64,000 bases of DNA, taken from positions 37,076,001-37,140,000 of the forward strand of contig CM060731.1 in assembly GCA_030704615.1 (NCBI GenBank), given 5' to 3'. Position 1 is the first letter of the stretch, and each line of letters starts with the position of its first letter. A program made the position numbers and the translations under genes. This stretch comes from Takakia lepidozioides (Eukaryota; Plantae; Bryophyta). Of this stretch, positions 55,620 to 64,000 are shown piece after piece. Under the pieces are notes generated by a model. That model was not told where the DNA came from and searched no databases. It worked only from the letters and a program-made list of their open reading frames with translations.

Positions 55620-56537
55620 GTCCTCGGCCACCATTGTTCCCTTGGAACTGGCCTGGCCGTAGCTCAGGATGCAAGTCATAACAATGGGCCTCTTCATGCC
55701 CATACTTGCCACAATGCCCACATTGTAGTTGTGTAGGTTGTGCCTATGCCGGCCCTAAGCCTCTTTCCGGGCAATCTCTCTTAACATGGGGTCCTCCACA
55801 ATCCCAACATGTCACACCCGACTGTTGTTGGCCTGAGAATGAAAGAAGTGACCTCTACGATTGAGATCCTCTCGGCCCTTCCCTGGGCTTCGCCTGAGCC
55901 CCCTTGTTGCCTTGAGCACGTTGGGGTAGTGGTTGTTGTTGGCTAGGAGCCCCACTTCGTTGTGTCTCCTGACCAAACCCCACCATGACCACTCGCTCCT
56001 CCACCATATTGAGCTCTATCCGTTCTGCCAGCAAAAACACATTTGCTAAGGTGGGTTGGTCCACTTGTAAGAGAGTTGCATCCCGCATCCTTCTCCTCAG
56101 CTCCTTGTCCAGGATCCCATACCAGAACTGGACTCCCTGAGCTTCTGTAACCCCTTGGGTTACGTTTATCAAGCGCCTCATGCGAGTGTAAGCCTCCCTC
56201 AAACTCTCGGCAGACTTTCGTTGGAACTCTTGTAAACTCCGCAATTTCTCCGTCCTTATCCCCTGGTAGTTTCTCCTTAACTCCTCGACGAACTCCACAA
56301 CTGGGTTAAAGGCAGGCACGGGTGTTGGTGCTGCAGCAGGAGATTGGGTGGACTTCCCAGCTCCTGTTCCACTTGACGTCCCACTGCTGTTTGCAGAAGT
56401 TGCCGGTGTAGCTACCGGTGTCACCTGCATCCACCGCAAACACTCATATGGTCTGCTAGTCATCAACCCAGCCTCACCATAAGAGAAACAATGGTGGTCT
56501 GACTGGTCATCACCCCAACCTCACCACCGACAGCATG
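55620..56537 (-). pseudogene. Gag with two zinc knuckles
   Basis: FQRKSAESLREAYTRMRRL (major-homology-like). Reading through stops gives CWDCGGPHVKRDC (55809-55771) and CGHCGKYGHEEAHC (55722-55681). Probable ATG at 56537 with a disrupted N-terminus. Confidence 0.85.
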
Positions 56538-56964
56538 CTCTAGGATTGGCCGGTGATCAAATCCGGACCAACCTCCTATGAAAACAAGCGCCCACACAAA
56601 GCTGACATGGCGCACAATCAAGCATGCAGGTGTGGGGGGGATCCAAACACAAGAAAATCAAGACAGTAACTCCCCCACAAAAAAAAAAAACACTCCACAG
56701 TGTCGCTCTTGCAAGGACATCCGAGCCCAAACCCGGACTGACTCTTGCCTCCACCTATGGAAAGGTTTTGGCCTACATAGAGGGTGGAAGACTACGAGGA
56801 AGAGAGACTAAAACAATTCCTAATCCCAGAATGCTCTCATCCCACTAGTCTCCCCCTATCTCTAAATGCTCTTGCTCATGACCAACAAACAGAACTACCT
56901 TCCAGGGTCTCTCAAATAATTCTCCACGAGCCCTCAAGATGTCTCTCAAACAATCAAAGGTCCC

Positions 56965-57290
56965 GAAAGCTTGCCAAATCTTGGCCCTCAAGGACCCCAA
57001 AAAGTCCTTCAGACAAGTTGCCAAAGACTCTTTAAGCTCGCCAAATATTAGCCTCCAAGGACCCCAAAATAGTCCTCCAAATAGCCCTCCAAAGCCTCCA
57101 AATGTTTGCCAAATATTGGTCTTCAAGGACCCCCAATGGTCCTCCACATAGCCTTCCAAAGGCTCCAAAAACTTGCCGCAACTTGGCCTTCAAGGACCGC
57201 AAAATAGTCCTCCAAATAGTCATCCAAATACCTCTTCAAGAGCTCTTCAAATGTCTTACAAAAGCTCCTCAAAGGACCCCCCAAAGATCC
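56965..57290. repeat. Degenerate ~66-69-bp tandem repeat (4-5 units) in the retrotransposon leader
   Basis: Recurring GCCAAAT.TTGGCC.TCAAGGACCCCAAAATAGTCCTCC core at ~56973, 57039, 57108 and 57176. Confidence 0.75.
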
Positions 57291-57327
57291 TCCAAAGGCA
57301 ATACTCCTCAAGATACACCCTAGATGT

Positions 57328-57548
57328 CATACACTTTCAATGAAAACGTATGGTAGGCAAAGTCTCTCCACTTGTATCCATACACTGTTCAAAAAAGTGT
57401 TTGGTGGGGCAGAGGGAGCCCATACACTGTTCACAAAAACGTATGTTGGGCAGAGGGGGCCCATACGCTGTTCACAAAAGTGTATGTTGGGTTCCATACC
57501 CTGTTCACAAAAGTGTATGGTGGGGCAGAGGGAGCCCATACACAGTTT
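57328..57548. repeat. Tandem array of ~33-50-bp units, each with an internal hairpin
   Basis: Consensus CCATACAC-TGTTCACAAAA-GTGTATGG-TGGGGCAGAGGGAG; about 5.5 copies. Confidence 0.85.
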
Positions 57549-58940
57549 CTTGAAGAATATGGAGACTAGGGTTTGTAGAGTATAGTAAGAAACACCTTCT
57601 TCATGGTATCTTCCCCCCTAACATGCATGCAAAATTGCATTATCTTACTTTGCAATGCATTCATCCCAAATTGACAAGTTCCTCTTGATCTCCTTGGAAC
57701 TCATAGCACGCTAATGTGCCCAATGACAAGCGCCAAGCCTTGCTTGAATTTGAATTTTGTATGCCATCTTCCATGTGTTTTCCCTTGCATGGGCTAGTCA
57801 CACACACTTCCACCTCTTGACCTAGGTGTTGTCTTCATTCATCATAATGTGTATCCACACCTCTATTCAAGAGCTCATCTTCTCAAACTTGAAGTCACAA
57901 GCCCTAAAGAGCATGCTCCACATAAGCATCACTTGCTTGATCAACCATCCACCACAAAACTTAAGCAAAAAGGGAATGAATACATGAGCTTCACCTTCCC
58001 CTTCCTTGTCTTGTCACATACTAATGTATGGTTGAAGTTGTTATGCATGCCGTGAGCCACAATCTCATTTCTTCATGAAGACCACCTCTAATGATCTCCC
58101 ATATGTGCTCCAAGCTCTTCAATACTCTAGGCTTGGTTTCACATCATCATGGATAGAATTCTCACCCACATGCTTCCCTTTGGAGTCATCTTGAGCTTCT
58201 TGATGCTCTCCAAGTGGTTGTTTTTTGTTGTCTTCAAGCCCTAGCCTATGTAGCTCCTTGGCTTTTCTTCCACAACATGCACCACCTCATACACAAGGAA
58301 TGAACTTGCTCACTTCACCTTCTAGCTCTCCTCAAGCTTGAATTGGAAGCCACACTTGGAAAGCATGCTCCACACATGCGCCACTTGCTTGGTCAATCAC
58401 TTGCTTCACCAAGAGCAATCCAAGAACTCATAGAACTAGCAAAAGCACTCCCTTCTAGCACCGCCTTTGCTTGCTTGTTTGTCAACCAAATAAAACCCCA
58501 CTTGACTTCATTTCACCATGGATAGAACAACCACTTCTTAGCTTCTCTTGAGCTACTTAATGCTCCTCAAGCTACCCTTGTTGTACTCCTTCTATTCCAA
58601 CCCAAGCATGTGCCGCTCTTTGGCTTCTCTTTCACACCATGAACAACTAGAGCTTGCTCTTGAAACCCTAGTGTCTATCTTCTCCACACACAAGACGTTT
58701 CTCTTGTGATGCAAGAGCTCTTTTCCAAACTCTCCACCTCTATAGAGCAAAGTCTTGTAACTCAAGAACTCTTTCCTTGAGCTCTCCACCTCTTTGATGC
58801 AATGCAAAAACACTCCTCCTTGCAACACATTGCAAGCCTTTGTGAGATACTTGAGCTTTCCTAGCTCTCTCACTCCTTGGTGTACACCAACACAAGTGCT
58901 AAAACTAATCCTTACACTCCGCACTCACAAGCATAAGGTG

Positions 58941-58952
58941 ATCTTCTTGTAG
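58941..58952 (-). other. Candidate self-priming primer-binding site
   Basis: CTACAAGAAGAT immediately follows repeat B on the minus strand and is the perfect complement of ATCTTCTTGTAG at 59138-59127 inside B; no tRNA-type TGG PBS at this position. Confidence 0.7.
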
Positions 58953-59320
58953 TGATAATGGAAGTGAACACACAATGGAAACACTCCACTCATGAATCCA
59001 CTCAATCATATAAACTAAGTCAAGCCAAGGGCACCTTTGCTAAAAGAATCCACCCTACAAAGCCCTCACCACACTCCCTCTCAATACCTAGAGCTATGGA
59101 GGTGGGAGAGGCTCATGGAGGCTCAACTACAAGAAGATGAGCCCTCCTCAACACTCACAAGGGGAAAACCCATCCCCATGTCCCAAGTAAGGTTTGACAC
59201 CTCACTTGGCATGTGAGACCAAATGAAGTCCCAACACACAAAATACAAATATAAATATCCAAAATGTCCTAGTTAACTAGAAGTAGGTAATTCTAGTTAA
59301 CCATGACTAAAACCATGACA
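58953..59320 (-). repeat. Terminal repeat B (368 bp), 5' copy
   Basis: Minus strand TGTCATGG ... CCATTATCA; direct repeat of 48130-48493. Confidence 0.95.
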
Positions 59321-61672
59321 AGTAGGCCAGTGTGGCTGCACGCAGAGAGAACATATATAAAGGTGATACTGTCCGGCTTCAAGCCATTCTTTTGCATTCC
59401 TTCAAATAGTTGCAGGACCTCTCTATGACAACCATGCTGGGCATATCCTGCGATCATTGCATTCCACGACACCACATTTCATTCAGCCACATTGTCAAAT
59501 ACTCCCTTTGCATCCTCAATGCATCCACATTTCGCATACATGTCCACCAGGGCAGTGTCCAGAATGACATTTGGTACAATTCCAGTTTTGATGATGTCAC
59601 CATGCACCATTTGTCATTTTCCAGGGCTGCCAGGCTTCCACACAAACGTGATGTGGTCGGACTTCACCCCTTCCCCATCATTTGCTCATAGGTCTCCAAG
59701 CCCTCCATCTCGCGCCCCTACTGTGCAGATCCTGCAAGCATGGCATTCCATGATACCAAAAATCTCGTTCAACCATACTATTGAACACTCCCTCCGCATC
59801 CTTGATGCACCCACATTTGGCATACATGTCCACGAGGGTATTGTTCAGAATCACATTTGGTACAATTCCAGCTTTGGCGATGCAACCATGCACCTCTTTG
59901 CTCTTTTCTAGGGCTGCCAGGCTTGCACACGAACTGCAAACGCACACAAATGTTATGTGGTCAGGCTTCACCCCTTCCCCGTCATTTGCTCATAGGTCTC
60001 CAAAGCCTTTATCCTGCACCCCTGCTGTGCACAGCCACTCCCTCCGTATCCTCGCTCCCCACATTTGGCATGTCCACGAGGGTATTGTTTAGAATCACAT
60101 CTGGTACTACAATTCCAGTTTTGGTGATGCAACCATGCACATCTTTGCCCTTCTCCAGGGCTGTCACCAGTGATTGGGGTTAGAAAAGTATTCATTCCAC
60201 AGCTTCTCCTCATCTCTGTTACGTGTTTTTGGCTGCTTTCCTATTATGAGGGAAAAGCAGGGTGAAATGTGCTGAAGAAGGTACCTTGATTAGCAGTGCC
60301 TAATTTTATCAATTGTGCTGCTGCTGCTGCGGCTTCCAGTTGACCATCTACCCATGCACGCTCGGGGAGGTCACTCCCTATCTAGTTTCCAGGCACGTGA
60401 GGCAAACATGCATTTTCTATGGGGGTATTAATTTTATTTTCTGAATTTTTGGCCACCCTATTATTACATAATGTTGTAATATGGCATATTTTCTTGTAAG
60501 CTATATTATTTATATTTTATAGCAGGTAACAAATATTGGGTACCCTATATTAACCTGAAAATAAATAAATAAAAACATTATGGGGTTGCCATCATTCCCC
60601 TCTCAATCTACGCTTCTTTACTGTCACGCCTTGCAAGCTTTTAAACCTGTGGGCCACAATGCTTGTACCACTGAGTGCACCACCATTTCTCTCTGCTTGT
60701 CTAGCACAATGCCGCCACGAATTGCAGCCGACAGGAAAGAGGGAAGCCTAGGGTTGTTGTGCACATGCATCTACGCCCTCTCCGCTGCATGTTCCGAACT
60801 GCTTGTCACTGAACGACACATGTCCCTTTAATTTCTCTCCACCCTATATTAGTTTTAATATTTTTTGGAAATACGTCTTTATTTTGGACCCTATTTTAAT
60901 TTAAATGTGGTGCCGCCAATATATTGGCACCCTATAGTATTTCTAAATGTATTCTAAATTTTATTTTCTCAGAACTTTCGGCACCCTATAATTTTTTGCA
61001 CGTCAAGTGGTAATATTTGGAAGTGACCTCCCCTTGCATGCAGGTTTCTTGTAGCTAATGGTTCACAGAGAATCACAGGTACTCTTGTGCTTGCAATCTG
61101 GCCCCCTTGGATGAATCTGGACCCACACTCTATCCCTGCTCCTTTAGCTATCCATGCCTCTACACAAATCATGCATACATCCTTGTCTTGCTCTAGGAAA
61201 CACAGAACTCAACTCATTACACTAGTTCCTATGCTAAATTGCATCTGCTACTCTCTAAATTGCATCTGCTTCTCTCTGTAGTCCAACAGGCATTCACCTT
61301 TTTGTCTCCATTGTCCCACCATTGACTGGGGTCGAAAAAGTGTTCATTCCAAAGCTTCTCCTCTGTTTCCCGCTGCCATATCGGCAGTAATTTGTCAAAG
61401 TCACTCCAAACGATCACAGATCCACCCAACAAGCTAACTCACAGAATTCAATATGCATCTCAAGGCAAAGTCTGATGAGAGGGCAAAACAGGCTGAAATA
61501 GGTTGAAGAAGATGCCCTCATCACATTGTCTTGTGTCATGACCCAGGAGACCATCAACCCAAAATGACCTCTTGTGTGTGTTGCTTGTGTCCGTAGTCAG
61601 ATAATATCGGATTGGTCTGTGACACGGTGCAGCTAAGCAGGCAGAGATTGAAACACGACCTCGTAAGACCAA
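59321..61672 (-). pseudogene. PPR-DYW pseudogene copy 1, 5' part: putative transit peptide, two PDF-like motifs and PLS-class PPR repeats
   Basis: [37 protein letters not shown] and KPDHITFVCV with many frameshifts; upstream EEKLWNEHFFDPSQWWDN (~61365-61310) and EEKLWNEYFSNPNHW (~60211-60167). The 5' boundary is tentative. Confidence 0.75.
60355..61042. mobile_element. AT-rich MITE-like element
   Basis: 24-bp imperfect TIR TGCACGCTCGGGGAGGTCACTCCC / GGAAGTGACCTCCCCTTGCATGCA; no clear TSD. Confidence 0.6.
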
Positions 61673-61770
61673 GCCGACTCTCCCAAGAACCTTGTAAACA
61701 TCAGGAAGAATACCAAATCATGGTACTAACAGGAGCCAAGAGCCCACATTCGCAGGATGGACAAACTTCT

Positions 61771-61974
61771 TCACATCGTACAGTCTCCAATGCCTCCATC
61801 CCACATCCATGCTTGGCAAACCCTCAGCCATTCTGTTGAACACTGCCATCTTTCATGCTCACACACTTCGCATACATGTCCACCAGAGTAGTGTCCAAAA
61901 TGATGGTTGGCACGATTCCAGCTTTCAATGGCAGCATGGACCTCTCTAGAGCTTGAAATCCAGCCTTCTTGCAT
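61771..61974 (-). pseudogene. Isolated degenerate PPR fragment
   Basis: Frameshifted EVHAAI..GIVPTIILDTTLVDMYAKC. Confidence 0.65.
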
Positions 61975-62899
61975 GAATCTGAATGTAACTTATTCATTCC
62001 AGAGCTTGTCCTCGTCTCTGTTATCTGTGATAAAGGTTCTACATGTAGGATCTCCGTCTGATCGCTGTGTGAAACCTCTTCGCGCTCAAGGACGCGGGGG
62101 CATTGTCAACCAATCCCCACGCACATCTCTCCCGGTTATTTTCTGGTTACTTTTGGGCAGCCCGGGCAGATTCCAAAGAAATTGACGACGATGATGTGGC
62201 TACGATTCCTGCTCTACGCCAAACTAGCTTCCGACCTTCAGTCGTCGCTAGAACTAGGGCTTGGCGTTGCTCCGCACTACTAGCGACGAATTCTGAGAAC
62301 TATGTTCAATTTTAACAAAAAAAGGGGTGGGTCATCCCCTCGGTGTTACAAGCAGAGATCCCTTGTTTTGTTCTTTTTTGGGAAAAAAATGGCGGATCTG
62401 CATTTCAATGTTCAATTTTCACAAGCCGCATCAATCAATAACAACATACCCATATACCCTTACATTCACTATATGAACTTTCAAGCATCCACCATGGGAT
62501 TGGATGTTGGTGGGTTCAGGCTACCTTTTGACATATTCATGCATGTTCGTCAAGGGCTCCATCCAAAGCCACACCACGAGAAACAAACAAACATGTCCAA
62601 ATTTAAGATGCTGAACAAACTTCTGCCCCTCTCATCAAGCTCATTAAAATTCGTATTCATTTCCATCTTCAAGCTTTGGAGAAGCTCCACCACCCAAACC
62701 CAGACTAGGACAGCACTCTAATTTCCATCCACTGTCACCAGAATCAGTAAAAAATCACCCCTTCAGGCAAGTGCAATTGTGGGCTGACTTCCCACCTATG
62801 TCGGGTAGACCCCACTATCAGGAAATGGTGGATGGTCTGAGTAGCTACACAGATCAATGAATGAAGCAAGACACTAGCATCTTTCCAAGAAACATCCTT

Positions 62900-64000
62900 T
62901 CACCAGTAATCAGCACAAGAACAAATCCCATCTTCAAAGTGGTGGAAAGTAGTCAGCGTCCATACAACAATTGCTCGGCCAACAATCACACACTCGAAGA
63001 TTCTTGATGAGTCGTGCTGATCAGCCCAAACCAACGGCTAGCTTCTCACTGTGGTGGCAAAGAGAAAATTCCTTTCCTCCACATCATGCAATAAAAAGCG
63101 TGTGTACATACCCCGCCTCCTTCATCTGCCCAGACAATCTTCTCAGCTCAGCATCGATTTCCTTAATTCTGGGATGCAACTTGTCATCTGGCTCCTTTCT
63201 AACCCCTCTGACCTTCATCATTCTTCTCACCTTTGCAGTATCATCCCACCTGCCAGCTGCAGCATAGATGTTTGATATAGCAACACATAAGTCGCGGCAT
63301 CCTGTTCATCCCACTTGAGGATAGATGTTGCCACACATTCAGCCATCTCCACATTGCCATGGATTCTGCAGGCACCAAGCAAGGCCTTCCACACCACAAC
63401 ATCTGGATTGATTGGCATTTTATTAATCAGGGCCACTGCCTCATGTAGTTGTCTCGCACGCCAGAAGGTCCACCATGCAGCCAAAGTGCTTTACTGGCGG
63501 GGTGACACCATGATCTTGACTCAGGGAATCGAAGTAGCGTCTTCCTCATTCAGTAGGACAGTGTGGCTGCACGCAGAGAGAACACATATAAAGGTGATAC
63601 TGTCCGGCTTCAAGCCGTTCTTTTGCATTCCTTCAAATAGTTGCAGGACCTCCCTATGACAACCATGCTGGGCATATCCTGCGATCATCGCATTCCACGA
63701 CACCACATTTTATTCAGCCACATTGTCAAATACTCCCTTTGCATCCTCAACGCACCCACATTTCGCATACATGTCCACCAGGGCAGTGTCCAGAATGACA
63801 TTTGGTACAATTCCAGCTTTGATGATGTCACCATGCACCCTTTGCCCATTTCCAGGGCTGCCAGGCTTGCACAAGCATTGCAAATGCACACAAACGTGAT
63901 GTGGTTGGGCTTCACCCCTTCCCCCATCATTCCAAGGCCTCCATCCCACGCCCTTGCTGTGCATATCCTACAAGCATGGCGTTCCATGACACCAAATCTC
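62900..64000 (-). pseudogene. PPR-DYW pseudogene copy 2 (5' end outside the window)
   Basis: PPR repeats, E domain VVWKALLGACRIHGNVE, CHHSEKLA and terminal HHFEDGICSCADYW* (stop 62902-62900); several frameshifts and a deleted PG box. Confidence 0.9.

Larger units (their letters stand above)
48044..59320 (-). mobile_element. Ty3/Gypsy retrotransposon, 11277 bp, encoding a C5 DNA methyltransferase and a PHD finger; disabled copy
   Basis: Termini TGTCGTG ... CATGACA; 4-bp TSD AGTA (48040-48043, 59321-59324) confirmed by the empty paralogous site at ~63552; domain order gag-PR-DNMT-RT-RH-INT-PHD. Confidence 0.95.

Noticed and set aside
57328-57548. Palindromic repeats resembling a CRISPR array
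   Set aside because: Spacers are repeated rather than unique, there are no cas genes, and the context is a eukaryotic TE.
58944-58954. CACTACAAGAA on the minus strand looks like a CACTA (En/Spm) terminus
   Set aside because: I found no partner terminus with a 3-bp TSD; the motif is better explained as the LTR end plus a self-priming PBS.
48044-59320. DIRS/Ngaro tyrosine-recombinase element, suggested by the split repeats and a methyltransferase
   Set aside because: It has an aspartic protease, a DDE integrase and a TSD, no recognisable tyrosine recombinase, and the MTase is C5 rather than the adenine type known from DIRS.

Overview
Eukaryotic, intron-rich land-plant DNA, most likely a non-seed plant such as a bryophyte (inferred from gene style, PLS-class PPR-DYW genes and TE content; not provable here). 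The left 41 kb holds five ordinary host genes with reconstructable exon structures: the 3' end of CPP1/CDF1, a DUF4504 (C1orf74-like) gene, PATROL1 (unc-13/DUF810), cyclophilin CYP22/PPIH and an uncharacterised plant gene. Their introns carry many 5'-truncated LINE tails, and five hAT MITEs with 8-bp TSDs cluster at 9-15 kb. The right part is a duplicated PPR-DYW pseudogene region. One copy is interrupted by an 11.3-kb Ty3/Gypsy retrotransposon (48044-59320, minus strand, TSD AGTA), the most striking object in the window. Its now-disabled polyprotein reads gag (2 zinc knuckles) - protease - a DNMT3-type C5 cytosine methyltransferase - RT - RNase H - integrase - PHD finger. Its ends are not ordinary LTRs but a split-direct-repeat arrangement (B ... 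A'-GC-B-A), with the integrase-type termini lying inside the nominal LTR, and it has a Tf1-like self-priming PBS. All homology calls are from motif recognition by eye; no searches were run.
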